Assembly (NCBI GenBank): GCA_048405595.1 | Contig: DBFJOT010000018.1 | Coordinates: 208 to 64,207 of the forward strand | Reading direction: 5' to 3' | Source of the DNA: Candidatus Onthovivens sp. | Lineage (GTDB): Bacteria > Bacillota_I > Bacilli_A > RFN20 > CAG-826 | DNA length: 64,000 nucleotides | In this document: piece by piece, positions 10,270 through 20,200 of the stretch | How the letters are laid out: every line of letters starts with the position of its first letter | Position numbering within the stretch: position 1 is the stretch's first letter | Notes under the pieces: model-generated | The model's input: only the letters and a program-made list of their open reading frames with translations | Database searches by the model: none | Told to the model about the DNA's origin: nothing | Made by a program: the position numbers and the translations under genes

Positions 10270-11362
10270 TTACTCTTCCTACCCTTCCTGAAATTTGTAT
10301 AAGACCTTCTTTTGTATAAATTTCATTTCCTGCGTTATAAATAATTACTTGTAAATTTTTAATCGTAACACCTCGTTCCAACACTGCTGTCGTTACTAGA
10401 AATTTATACTTACCTTCTTTAAAATCATCAATGATTTGACTGCGATTTAATTGCTTTGAGTGGACAAAATTGCCGCATTTTACAAATATTTTTAGCATTT
10501 TGAAGAGAATTTCGCATTCTGCAATAGTAGGAACAAATACCAAAACCGGTTTATCTTCCTTTATAAATCTCTCTAAATATTTGAGAGTTTTATAAGCCAT
10601 TAAACTATTTAAAGTTCTACAAACTTTTGGAACTGGTATCGGTTTTTTATGATACCTTGTATAAAGTTCTATCAAGTTTTTACCTTTTGTTTTTCTATAA
10701 TAATCAATCATTTCTTCAGTTGGAGTTGCGCTCATCATGACATAATTTCCTTTAACACTACGTTTAAAAAGCGCGTTTAAAACAAAGTCTCCTTTAAACG
10801 GAAACGCATCAATTTCATCTAGAATTAATAGATCAAAATAAGATTCATAACGATAAAGTTGATGTGTTGTTAAACAAATTATATCGCCTACTAATTTATC
10901 AGTATGCCCACCATACACACTAACAACTTTATACTTAGAAAAAGTATTTTTAAGGCGCATCGCTAATTCAATAACAACATCTCTTCTAGGTATTGCAAAT
11001 CCAACTCTATAATTTTTCTGAAGAGCATAATCAATAACACCAAAAACTAATTCAGTTTTTCCAGCTCCACAAACCGCATAAATTAAGGTGTCTTCTTTTC
11101 TTTTAAAATATTCAATCGTCTTAGTTGAAATTTCTTTTTGCTCAGGACTTAATTCATATTTTAAAGTATAGGATCCTTTATACTTTCTTTCATAAATTAA
11201 ATCATCCGCTGGCTCTCCAAAAAAAGTTATGCAACGCCTACAATAAGGATTACCATTAATAAAACCGACGTACTTTTGATCTTCGTTTCCACAAATCGGA
11301 CACTTATAAATAAAAAATCCCCTTTCACTATACACAAAACAGTGAAAGAAGGATTTTTTCAA
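10169..11362 (-). CDS. comFA: ComFA-like DEAD/DEAH-box helicase. The start is uncertain: the track ORF runs to 11461 and overlaps rpiB, and TTG at ~11362 or GTG at ~11335 are alternatives.
   Basis: N-terminal 4-Cys finger (CPICGN...CRRC), Walker A GAGKTE, DEID box and helicase C-terminal domain. Sits upstream of comFC, as in Firmicutes. Confidence 0.75.
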   Translation of the reverse strand: MKKSFFHCFVYSERGFFIYKCPICGNEDQKYVGFINGNPYCRRCITFFGEPADDLIYERKYKGSYTLKYELSPEQKEISTKTIEYFKRKEDTLIYAVCGAGKTELVFGVIDYALQKNYRVGFAIPRRDVVIELAMRLKNTFSKYKVVSVYGGHTDKLVGDIICLTTHQLYRYESYFDLLILDEIDAFPFKGDFVLNALFKRSVKGNYVMMSATPTEEMIDYYRKTKGKNLIELYTRYHKKPIPVPKVCRTLNSLMAYKTLKYLERFIKEDKPVLVFVPTIAECEILFKMLKIFVKCGNFVHSKQLNRSQIIDDFKEGKYKFLVTTAVLERGVTIKNLQVIIYNAGNEIYTKEGLIQISGRVGRVIGATEGEVIYITTKETEAIKKSIKEIEFSNSHL

Positions 11363-11378
11363 AAATAATTTATTTTTT

Positions 11379-11819
11379 TTATTTATTTTCTTCGTCGATG
11401 ATCGTTTGAACACGTAATTCGTGTCTTCCACCTTCAAATTTAGCATTAATAAAGATGTCAATTCTTCTTAATACATCTTGAAGATCCATATACTTAGCAC
11501 CAAAACTAATCATATTTGCGTTATTGTGTTCTCTTAATAAATGAGAAACTTCATCATTGTATCCGATTCCACAACGTACACCTTTTACTTTATTTGCTGC
11601 GATAGAGATACCTTCTCCACTTGTGCAGACGACAATTCCTAAATCAGCTTCTTTTGAACTTACTTTTTGAGCCGCTAAAATTCCATGTTCTGCATAATTG
11701 CAACTATCTAAAGAATTTGTTCCACAATCAATAACTTCAATGCCTTTATTTGTTAAATATTTAACAATTTCTTCTTTATATAAATATCCACCATGATCAC
11801 ATCCAATTGAAATACGCAT
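11379..11819 (-). CDS. rpiB: Ribose-5-phosphate isomerase B (RpiB/LacAB family)
   Basis: 146 aa. MRISIGCDHGG... and a conserved Cys/His catalytic layout. Confidence 0.85.
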   Translation of the reverse strand: MRISIGCDHGGYLYKEEIVKYLTNKGIEVIDCGTNSLDSCNYAEHGILAAQKVSSKEADLGIVVCTSGEGISIAANKVKGVRCGIGYNDEVSHLLREHNNANMISFGAKYMDLQDVLRRIDIFINAKFEGGRHELRVQTIIDEENK

Positions 11820-12418
11820 TAAACTATCTCCTTTATTTTTTCTAAACTGATTGGCCCTTTTCTAATTAAAGAAATTTCTTCACCATCAATTTTTATAATA
11901 GTTGAAGCAAGTCCGTTTATACATTCTCCTTCAACAATTGAAACATCGTCATCTTTAAAATATTCGTAAACAACTTTTGAATTTAAAGCAGGTGTTTCTC
12001 CTGATTTATTTGCGCTTGGTACAAGTAAAGGTGCACCAACTTTTGAAATCATTTTTAAAACAAATTCGTCGTCTGGTATTCTAACACCTACAAATCCAGT
12101 ACCTAAATCAATAAAATGAGGTACCTCTTTTTTAGTTTTTAGAATCAAAGTGATTGCTCCAGGCATAAAATGTTCAATAATTTTACGAGTTACATCATTA
12201 ATTTCCACAAGATTCTCGAATTGACTTATATCACTACACATTAATGTGAATGGTTTGTCTGGTGGTCTTTTTTTAATTTCAACTAGTCTTTCATAATTTG
12301 ATTCCGAAGTCGCTTTTATCCCAATTCCAAAAACCGTTTCAGTCGGAAAGATTAACGCTTTGTCTTCTTTTAAAATTTCAACGCACTCATCAATTTGAGC
12401 TTTATTTAAGAATTCCAT
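11819..12418 (-). CDS. tsaC: L-threonylcarbamoyladenylate synthase (YrdC/YwlC/Sua5 domain), t6A pathway
   Basis: 199 aa YrdC-like fold (FPTETVFGIG..., ...VPSANKSG). Flanked by rpiB and prmC, as in Bacillus (ywlC-ywlF). Confidence 0.8.
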   Translation of the reverse strand: MEFLNKAQIDECVEILKEDKALIFPTETVFGIGIKATSESNYERLVEIKKRPPDKPFTLMCSDISQFENLVEINDVTRKIIEHFMPGAITLILKTKKEVPHFIDLGTGFVGVRIPDDEFVLKMISKVGAPLLVPSANKSGETPALNSKVVYEYFKDDDVSIVEGECINGLASTIIKIDGEEISLIRKGPISLEKIKEIV

Positions 12419-13316
12419 CTTTATAGCCTTTCAAGATAATTAAATATCTATCTAAATTATAAATGTCTTGATAAAACTTGTATTGAATTTGCTCATCATC
12501 TTTAAAATATTTATTTATTAGTTCGGTGAGTCGTTCTTTTTGGTCATAGCCAATTTCAAAAGCCATCATGAATTTATCATCATTCATAAATTTCGAATGA
12601 TTTTTGAAATAGTCTTCATAGAAAGTTACTCCACCCTCTGTCGTTATTGCATCGATTGGTTCGTACTTTTTCACTTTTTCTTCAATTTCGCTGTCGTCAG
12701 GAGCATATGGTGGGTTACTAATTAAAACATCAATCGGCTCATCTAATTCTCTTAAAGGAATTGATTTATCACCTTTTAAAAAATGAATATTAGCATTAAA
12801 CTTTTTAGCGTTAATTTTCGCTACGTCTAAACATCTATCGTGGATATCTGAAGCATAAACTTTTGATTCTTCAAAATATGCTTTCATATAAATTGCAATA
12901 CAGCCACTTCCTGTACAACAATCAGCAATAAATTTATGTCTAATTTTATTATCTTGAATAACACTTTTAGCTAGTAAAACAAGGCCTTCTGTTTCAGGTC
13001 TAGGTATTAAAACTCTTTTATCAACATAAAAATCAAAGTCTAAAAAAGGAGCAATATTTAATACATATTGAACAGGTTCTCCTGCTGTTATTCTCTTGAA
13101 TTTATCGATGAAAAACGAATAATTTTTAATTTCTTTGTCGAAGTTTAAAACTAAGTCTGTATATGAATCAAACTCATTAGCAAAAATAAGGATTTGATAA
13201 ATTTCACTATCTGAAATTTTTAAATCCTTATTAGTAATTTCTTCTTTTGCTTTTAAGTAAACTTCCCTATTAGTTAGTTCCATCTTTGTGGCCTGCAATT
13301 TGTTGCTCTTGATCAA
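12402..13316 (-). CDS. prmC: Release factor glutamine N5-methyltransferase PrmC/HemK
   Basis: Class I SAM methyltransferase with NPPY motif (LISNPPYAP). Immediately downstream of prfA. Confidence 0.9.
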   Translation of the reverse strand: MIKSNKLQATKMELTNREVYLKAKEEITNKDLKISDSEIYQILIFANEFDSYTDLVLNFDKEIKNYSFFIDKFKRITAGEPVQYVLNIAPFLDFDFYVDKRVLIPRPETEGLVLLAKSVIQDNKIRHKFIADCCTGSGCIAIYMKAYFEESKVYASDIHDRCLDVAKINAKKFNANIHFLKGDKSIPLRELDEPIDVLISNPPYAPDDSEIEEKVKKYEPIDAITTEGGVTFYEDYFKNHSKFMNDDKFMMAFEIGYDQKERLTELINKYFKDDEQIQYKFYQDIYNLDRYLIILKGYKDGILK

Positions 13317-14355
13317 AGTTAATTAACGCATCAATGATTTGATCTAAATCACCATCCATTACTCTATCAAGTTGTAATAAAGTGAATCCGATTCTATGAT
13401 CGGTAACTCTATTTTGTGGGTAGTTATAAGTTCTGATTTTTTCATTTCTATCACCACTACCGACTTTACTTCTATATTGAGCTTCAGTTGCTGCTTTTTT
13501 CTCTTCTTCAAGTTTCATAAGTTTACTTGCTAACATTTGCATACAAATTTCGTGGTTTTGAATTTGGCTCTTTTCTGTTTGACAAGAAACAACAACACCT
13601 GTAGGAATGTGAGTAATTCTAACAGCAGATTCTGTTTTGTTAACGTTTTGTCCGCCTGCACCTTGTGATCTATATCTATCAACTCTTAAATCAGCTGGGT
13701 TAATGTTAATATCATTTGTTTCAACTTGAGGCATAACAACTACAGTTGCTGTACTTGTATGAATTCTGCCATTTGCTTCAGTACGTGGGACTCTTTGAAC
13801 ACGGTGAACACCGCTTTCAAATTTTAATCTAGAATAAGCATCGTCACCACTAACAACAAATTGAACATAAGAATATCCGCCAACACCAGTAGGAGATTCG
13901 TCAACAACTTTGACTTTCCATCCTTTCGTTTCGCAATATCTTATATACATTCTAAATAAATCACCTGCGAAAATATTAGCTTCGTCTCCTCCAACAGCTC
14001 CTTTGATTTCGAAAATAATATCTTTGCCATCATTAGGATCCTTTGGAATAAGTAAGATTCTTAACTCTTCTTCAATTTCGACTAAAAGTTGTTCGTTTCT
14101 TTTAAGCTCTTCTTTACCCATTTGAGCAATATCAGGATCTGCATCTCCACACATTAAAAGAGCGTCACTCTTATTTGTGTTTGCATATTCCCATTCATTA
14201 AACTTTTCAACTATTGGTTCAAGTACACTTCTTTCTTTACTTAATTTCTTGAACTCTCTCATGTCACTGCTTGTTTCTGGAAGCATTAATAACTCATCAA
14301 TTTCCTTTAATCTTTTGTCACTTGCTACCAATCTATCATGCATGTTTTTATCCAT
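13270..14355 (-). CDS. prfA: Peptide chain release factor 1
   Basis: 361 aa. PxT-type anticodon region and GGQ motif ([11 protein letters not shown]). Confidence 0.95.
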   Translation of the reverse strand: MDKNMHDRLVASDKRLKEIDELLMLPETSSDMREFKKLSKERSVLEPIVEKFNEWEYANTNKSDALLMCGDADPDIAQMGKEELKRNEQLLVEIEEELRILLIPKDPNDGKDIIFEIKGAVGGDEANIFAGDLFRMYIRYCETKGWKVKVVDESPTGVGGYSYVQFVVSGDDAYSRLKFESGVHRVQRVPRTEANGRIHTSTATVVVMPQVETNDININPADLRVDRYRSQGAGGQNVNKTESAVRITHIPTGVVVSCQTEKSQIQNHEICMQMLASKLMKLEEEKKAATEAQYRSKVGSGDRNEKIRTYNYPQNRVTDHRIGFTLLQLDRVMDGDLDQIIDALINFDQEQQIAGHKDGTN

Positions 14356-14608
14356 AAAATTTAAACCTCTTCAATCGCTAGAAATTATAACAAAAAATTA
14401 ATATAACTTTAATAGCAAATACTCACATATTTTTAAGACTAGAAAATGCATAAATCATAATAGAAATTACTATTTTTATGCTAAAAACCGCCTAAAAACC
14501 TACTATTTTTGATTTTTAATAGCTTTTTCATTGATTTTTTTGCATGTTCAATAAACAAATAGTTTTCTTTATAAGAAAGCATCTTTCGTGTATAATAGGT
14601 ACGTATAT

Positions 14609-16342
14609 ATGTCGTACTTAGCACTTTATAGAAAATACAGAAGTAAAAATTTTGATGAATTAGTTGGCCAAGATGCCATTAAAAGAACTTTAACAAATGC
14701 TTTAATAAGTGGAAAAATTTCTCATGCTTATTTATTTAGCGGACCTCGTGGAACAGGTAAAACGAGTGTCGCAAGACTATTTGCTAAAGCTTTAAATTGT
14801 GAAGAAGGTTATGGTCACATTTGTAATGAATGTAGTAACTGCATTGCAATTAATGAAGGTAGTCACCCAGATATTATCGAAATTGACGCTGCAAGTAACA
14901 GCGGCGTTGAAGAAGTTAGAACACTTATCGAACAAGTTAAATATGGACCTATTAAAGGTAAGAAAAAAGTATATATTATCGACGAAGTCCATATGATGAC
15001 AAACAGTGCTTTTAATGCACTTTTAAAAACATTAGAAGAACCACCAGAATATTGTGTATTCATTCTTTGTACAACAGAGCCTTATAAGCTTTTACCTACT
15101 ATTTTAAGTAGATGCCAAAGATATGAATTCAAAAAAATTAGCGATGAAGATTTAAAGAAACTTCTTGTTAGAGTTTTACTCGCTGAACACGTCACTTGTA
15201 GCGAGGGCGCTTTAAAACTTATCATTGAACTTTCTAATGGTGGTGCTAGAGATTCACTTTCTCTTCTCGATCAAATTATTTCATATTGTGGTAACTCAAT
15301 CGATGAACCTTCCATTATTAAAATGTTTGGTTTAACTACTGCTCAAGAAAAAATTGATTTATTAAAAGCAATAAAAGCTCAAAACACTTTAGAAGTTTTA
15401 ACCACAAATGAATCATTTATTAATAGACATGTTGATTTATCTAGATTTGTTAATGAATTACTTTTCTTATTAAAAGATTCACTTGTTTATAGTAAAACTC
15501 GTAGCAAGGATTTAATTACAAACAGCAAAGAAGAAGACGCTAAACAAATTATGCTCAATTTTAGCGATGACGAGCTTACTTTTTACATCGATAACTTAAT
15601 TAAATGTCAAAATGAATTTAAGACAGCAAATAACCCAGCTTTCCTCTTTGAGATTTATTTATTAAAACTTATTAAAGGTGAAAATGGTACTTTGCCAAAT
15701 AAAAACGGGATTATTTCTCGTCCACAAGTTAAAAAAGAAGCACCTCAACCTCAAGTTATAAATAAAATTGAGTCACCTGTTGAAGAAACTAAAAAAGTCG
15801 TCGAGGAAACTCCATCATCTAAAGTCACACAGGAAAAAGAAGAAACTTCATTTAAACAAGAACCACTTCCTGTTGTTCCTGAAGTCGCATTCAAAATTTC
15901 TAAATCAAGTTTATCTTTATCACCTTTAAAAGTTGAAGGCGATTCTAATAAAATTGATTTACAACGTATTTTAGAGCTAACAATTATCGCAAATAAAGTT
16001 GAAAGAATGTCGCTCATAGAAAGATGGCAACAATTAAATACTTTACTCGACGATCCAGAACAAGGTCCTTACGCTTCTTTACTTTTAGAGAGTAAGCCAT
16101 ATATCTTAACTCAATATAATTTGATTTTATTATGTGATTTAAAAATGCCTGCTATTAAAATCAACATTATCGAGAATCAAGAAAATATTGTTAAATTAGT
16201 TAAAAAATTATTAGGTCGTAAAGTTTGTGTTTATGCACTTAATAGAGATGATTCTACTCAACTTATGAAAACGTATCGTAATTTAGAAGAATTAAGACAA
16301 CTTCCTAAAAAAGATACAATCGAAGATAAAAAACTATTTTAA
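14609..16342 (+). CDS. dnaX: DNA polymerase III subunit gamma/tau
   Basis: MSYLALYRKYRSKNFDELVGQ..., Walker A GPRGTGKTS, the Zn-module CxxC...CxxC, an SRC motif and a Pro/Glu/Lys-rich linker. The track start at 14588 is a GTG; the ATG at 14609 matches the canonical DnaX N-terminus. Confidence 0.9.
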   Translation: MSYLALYRKYRSKNFDELVGQDAIKRTLTNALISGKISHAYLFSGPRGTGKTSVARLFAKALNCEEGYGHICNECSNCIAINEGSHPDIIEIDAASNSGVEEVRTLIEQVKYGPIKGKKKVYIIDEVHMMTNSAFNALLKTLEEPPEYCVFILCTTEPYKLLPTILSRCQRYEFKKISDEDLKKLLVRVLLAEHVTCSEGALKLIIELSNGGARDSLSLLDQIISYCGNSIDEPSIIKMFGLTTAQEKIDLLKAIKAQNTLEVLTTNESFINRHVDLSRFVNELLFLLKDSLVYSKTRSKDLITNSKEEDAKQIMLNFSDDELTFYIDNLIKCQNEFKTANNPAFLFEIYLLKLIKGENGTLPNKNGIISRPQVKKEAPQPQVINKIESPVEETKKVVEETPSSKVTQEKEETSFKQEPLPVVPEVAFKISKSSLSLSPLKVEGDSNKIDLQRILELTIIANKVERMSLIERWQQLNTLLDDPEQGPYASLLLESKPYILTQYNLILLCDLKMPAIKINIIENQENIVKLVKKLLGRKVCVYALNRDDSTQLMKTYRNLEELRQLPKKDTIEDKKLF

Positions 16343-16356
16343 GGAGATTAATTTTT

Positions 16357-16662
16357 ATGAATATGCAACAAATGGTTCAAGCAATGAACAAAATGCAAAG
16401 ACAATATGAAAAAGAAAGAAAAGTTCTTGATGAAAAAGAATTCAAATATGTCGCTAATGGCGCTGTTGAAGTCGTTTTAAAAGGTGACAACACACTTTCA
16501 AGCATCACATTTGTCGATCCAGAAATTTTAAAAGAAGATCCAGAAATGGTCCAAGACATGATTAAGTTAGCTTTTGATGGCGCCAAAGATCTTCTCGATA
16601 AAGCCGAAGAAGAATTAGCAAACAAATTCCAAAAAAGTGCTATGGGAGGACTTCCATTTTAA
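16357..16662 (+). CDS. ybaB: Nucleoid-associated protein YbaB/EbfC
   Basis: 101 aa. Conserved dnaX-ybaB-recR arrangement. AGGAGA Shine-Dalgarno upstream. Confidence 0.85.
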   Translation: MNMQQMVQAMNKMQRQYEKERKVLDEKEFKYVANGAVEVVLKGDNTLSSITFVDPEILKEDPEMVQDMIKLAFDGAKDLLDKAEEELANKFQKSAMGGLPF

Positions 16663-17261
16663 TGAAAGAATTGGAAGCCATTGAAAAACTTACCGATTCA
16701 TTCACACTTTTTCCTTCAATCGGAGAAAAAACAGCTGAGCGTATGGCATACGCTCTTTTAGATATGTCTACAGAAAATGTAGACAGATTAATTGCTTCAA
16801 TTAAAAACGTAAAAGATAAAATTCATCCATGTCCAATTTGTGGCTTATTAACCGAAGATGATGTCTGTTCGATTTGTTCTGATTCTTCTAGAGATAAATC
16901 AATATGTATGGTCATTGAAAATAGTAAAGATGCTATCGCTTTTGAAAACACCAAAACATACAATGGAATTTATCATGTTTTAAATGGAGTTATTGCCCCA
17001 AGCAAAAATATCGGTCCTGAAAATTTAACTATCAATAAACTTTTAGAAAGAATTAAAGAAGGAAATATTAAGGAATTAATTATTTCAACAAGCGGCACAA
17101 TCGAAGGCGAAACCACTGCTCTTTACATCAATAAAATTTTAGAAAATACCAATATTAAAATTTCTAGAATTGCGTGTGGCATTCCAATCGGAGCAAATTT
17201 AGACTATTTAGATACACTGACTTTAGATCGAGCTTTGAAAGGCAGAACTAAATTAAAATAA
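16662..17261 (+). CDS. recR: Recombination protein RecR
   Basis: 199 aa. HhH N-terminus, C4 zinc finger (CPICG...CSIC) and Toprim domain. Its start overlaps the ybaB stop (TAATG). Confidence 0.95.
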   Translation: MKELEAIEKLTDSFTLFPSIGEKTAERMAYALLDMSTENVDRLIASIKNVKDKIHPCPICGLLTEDDVCSICSDSSRDKSICMVIENSKDAIAFENTKTYNGIYHVLNGVIAPSKNIGPENLTINKLLERIKEGNIKELIISTSGTIEGETTALYINKILENTNIKISRIACGIPIGANLDYLDTLTLDRALKGRTKLK

Positions 17262-17275
17262 CGGAGGATTACACT

Positions 17276-17902
17276 ATGTTTATTACATTCGAAGGTCCAG
17301 ATGGAAGCGGAAAATCAACAATTATCAAATCACTTTATGAGCAATTAACCGCTGAAGGTTATGATATTTTACTTACAAGAGAACCTGGTGGAACCCCTAT
17401 TTCAGAACAAATTAGAAATGTTATTTTAGATAATAACAACACTGCATTAGATCCTAGAACCGAAGCTTTACTTTATGCTGCAAGTAGACGCCAACATCTC
17501 GTCGAAAAAATTTGGCCAGCATTAAAAGAAGGTAAAATTGTTCTTTGTGATCGTTATTTAGATTCATCTTTAGCTTATCAAGGCGGAGCTAGAAATCTCG
17601 GAATCAATAATATTTTAGATATCAATTTATTTGCTACCGAAAATACTTATCCAGATTTAACAATTTTCTTTGATGTAGCTCCTGAAATTGGATTATCAAG
17701 ATTAAGTCACGATAAAAAGCGTGTCGCTGATAGACTTGACAACGAAAGTGAAAATTTTCACCATGTCGTTTACGAAACTTTCTTAAAAATTTGTGATAAA
17801 TATAAAGATAGAATCGTTAAAATCGATGCATCTAAATCAATTGAAGAAGTTAAAAAGGAAGCTTATATAGCAGTTAAAGAAAAACTTAATGGAGTACATT
17901 AA
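17276..17902 (+). CDS. tmk: Thymidylate kinase
   Basis: P-loop FITFEGPDGSGKST and the DRY motif. Confidence 0.9.
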   Translation: MFITFEGPDGSGKSTIIKSLYEQLTAEGYDILLTREPGGTPISEQIRNVILDNNNTALDPRTEALLYAASRRQHLVEKIWPALKEGKIVLCDRYLDSSLAYQGGARNLGINNILDINLFATENTYPDLTIFFDVAPEIGLSRLSHDKKRVADRLDNESENFHHVVYETFLKICDKYKDRIVKIDASKSIEEVKKEAYIAVKEKLNGVH

Positions 17903-18872
17903 TTATTTAGAAACATACCAAGATATCGCTTATAAAATTTTTTATAATGCTATAAAAAATAATAGGCTATTCCATGCCTATCTTTTAGTTGGCGAAAACG
18001 GAACTCCATTAGCTGAAGTTGCAAAATTTATTGCTGCTTCAATTATATTAAAAGAAGAAAACGAAGAACCTTTTGAAATAGAAGGCAAAAATGTATATGA
18101 CCGAATTTTATCGAATACATTCGGTGATTTTGTTTATCTTGATGCTAAAAATGGTTCAGTTAAAATTGATGAAATTCGTTTTTTAGAAGAAAAATTTTCT
18201 AAAACAGCTGAAGAAAAATATGGCATAAAAGTTGCCATTATTAACGGCGTTGAAAATTTAGCAAATGATTCTTCTAACGCTTTATTAAAGTTTTTAGAAG
18301 AACCACTTCCTGACACATATATATTTTTATTAACTGAGAATGAATTTGCTTTATTACCTACTATTAAAAGTAGAGTTCAAACAATACATTTTAACAATTT
18401 AAGTCAGGAACTTTTATTGCAAGAAGCAAATGAGTACGGCGACTTACCAAAAGAAGCTGAAATTCTATCTTTCTTTTATAATGATTCCGAATTAATAGCT
18501 GAAAAATCACAGGATGAAACGACTATTAAACTTATAAATTTAGTTGTTTCAACTTTGGAAAAAGCTAAAAATAATCGTTTAGTAATGAATGAAGTTTATA
18601 ACTCAGTTCTTAAACAAGTTAAAGACAAGATTACAGCAAGATTATTTTTTGACTATTTGATCATCTTTTTTAAGGAAGCATTAAAATTTAAAAATGGCAG
18701 AAATACAATTTTAAAAAGTTATGATAATATATTAAAAGATTTATCTTGTTTAAGAAATTTAGATAATTCAATTATCGTTTTAATGCATTCTAGAAACGAA
18801 TTAAATTTTAATCTAAACATAAATTTATTGATAATCGAAACAATGAAATCAATATTTGGAGAATCAAAATGA
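17889..18872 (+). CDS. holB: DNA polymerase III delta' subunit
   Basis: 327 aa AAA+-like clamp-loader subunit. Sits between tmk and yaaT/ricT as in Firmicutes. The Walker A is degenerate (GENGTPL), as is usual for delta'. Confidence 0.8.
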   Translation: MEYINYLETYQDIAYKIFYNAIKNNRLFHAYLLVGENGTPLAEVAKFIAASIILKEENEEPFEIEGKNVYDRILSNTFGDFVYLDAKNGSVKIDEIRFLEEKFSKTAEEKYGIKVAIINGVENLANDSSNALLKFLEEPLPDTYIFLLTENEFALLPTIKSRVQTIHFNNLSQELLLQEANEYGDLPKEAEILSFFYNDSELIAEKSQDETTIKLINLVVSTLEKAKNNRLVMNEVYNSVLKQVKDKITARLFFDYLIIFFKEALKFKNGRNTILKSYDNILKDLSCLRNLDNSIIVLMHSRNELNFNLNINLLIIETMKSIFGESK

Positions 18873-20200
18873 ATTACTATATAAATGTAAAATTCAATCA
18901 AAGTAATAAGACATATTACTTTGCTACTGACGATATTTCTCTCCAAGTCGGGGACAAAATTGTAGTCGAAACAATCGTTGGATTAGAACTTGCTGAAGTT
19001 GTTACGACTCCTCAATTGTTAGAAACGCTCAATTTTGATAGAGAAATTAAGCCTATCTTAAGAAAAGCAACATCAGAAGATTTAAAAGCTTTTGCTTACA
19101 ATTTAGAACTTAGCGAACACGCAGCTAAAATTTTTACTAACCACATCGAATCTTTAAAACTCGATATGAGACTTTTGGGTACTCAGTATACATTAGATAG
19201 AGCAAAAGTTTTATTCACTTATGTCGCCGATGATAGAGTAGATTTTAGAGAATTATTAAAATTATTAGCAAGCGATCTTCATTGTCGCATTGAATTAAAG
19301 CAAGTAAATGCTAGGGAAAGAGCTCAACTTGTTGGTGGGCTCGGTGTTTGTGGATTGCCACTTTGCTGTACATCATTTTTAACTCAATTCGAAGGTGTTT
19401 CATTAAACAAAGCAAAAAATCAAATGCTTTCAATTAACATTCCTAAGTTAAGTGGCCAATGCGGAAAATTAATGTGCTGTTTAAAATACGAAGACGATTA
19501 TTACACAGAAGCAAAATTAGAATATCCACCACTTAACACAAAAGTTCATTATCAAGATGCTGAATTTAAAATCAATAGTTTCAACATTTTCACAAAAATT
19601 ATTAAATTACAAAATGCAACTGATGTTGCTTTCTTATCATTAGATGAAGTTAATGCTTTATTAAAAAACGAAAATAAATCTGTCACTCATCCACTTGATA
19701 AAAATCCAATTATTAAAGCTAAACCAGTAAAAGACGAAACGATAAAAATTGAGAAAATTAAAGAATTCAAAGAAGTTGTTCCTCAAGAAAATAAAGTTAA
19801 AGAACCAACTCCTTCTAAATCAAAAGAATCGAATAAACCTCAAAATCATCAAAGTCAAAAACAAGAAAACAAGAAAAAAGAGTTTACTGAAAAGCCTCAA
19901 AGAGGTTCTCAAACACCTAAAAATAAGAATCAAAATCATTCTCAAAAGCCTCTTGAGAAAGAGAAAAAATTCGATAACAACAATAAAAAGCCTGCAAAAC
20001 GCAAACAAAACCATTCTGAAGAGCAAGGATTTGATACAAGTAAGTTCTTATTTGCTGGTCAAGCTAACAAAGTAAAAGAATATCAAGACACGTATTACAA
20101 GAACAATCGCGACGACAAACAAAAGCAAAATTCACATCGTCCAAACAATCATAAAACAAAGCAAAACAAGGAAAGCAAAAAAACTGAAGGTAAAAAATAA
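18869..20200 (+). CDS. ricT: PSP1-domain protein RicT/YaaT with a ~170-aa K/Q/N/E-rich low-complexity C-terminal extension
   Basis: Residues 1-270 match the PSP1 C-terminal domain including the conserved Cys cluster (GLGVCGLPLCC...CGKLMCC). The remainder is a compositionally biased, disordered tail. Confidence 0.8.
   Translation: MNYYINVKFNQSNKTYYFATDDISLQVGDKIVVETIVGLELAEVVTTPQLLETLNFDREIKPILRKATSEDLKAFAYNLELSEHAAKIFTNHIESLKLDMRLLGTQYTLDRAKVLFTYVADDRVDFRELLKLLASDLHCRIELKQVNARERAQLVGGLGVCGLPLCCTSFLTQFEGVSLNKAKNQMLSINIPKLSGQCGKLMCCLKYEDDYYTEAKLEYPPLNTKVHYQDAEFKINSFNIFTKIIKLQNATDVAFLSLDEVNALLKNENKSVTHPLDKNPIIKAKPVKDETIKIEKIKEFKEVVPQENKVKEPTPSKSKESNKPQNHQSQKQENKKKEFTEKPQRGSQTPKNKNQNHSQKPLEKEKKFDNNNKKPAKRKQNHSEEQGFDTSKFLFAGQANKVKEYQDTYYKNNRDDKQKQNSHRPNNHKTKQNKESKKTEGKK

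Noticed and set aside
14356-14608. Looked for an SRP RNA (scRNA/ffs) upstream of dnaX, where it sits in Bacillus
   Set aside because: The interval is almost pure AT with no GGAAG...GCAGC-type domain IV motif or extended helices. I could not support an SRP RNA call.
19749-20075. Nested ORFs (108 aa + strand, 68 aa - strand) inside the ricT 3' region
   Set aside because: They are artefacts of the Lys/Gln/Asn-rich low-complexity tail of RicT, whose AAA/AAG/CAA-rich DNA is open in several frames.
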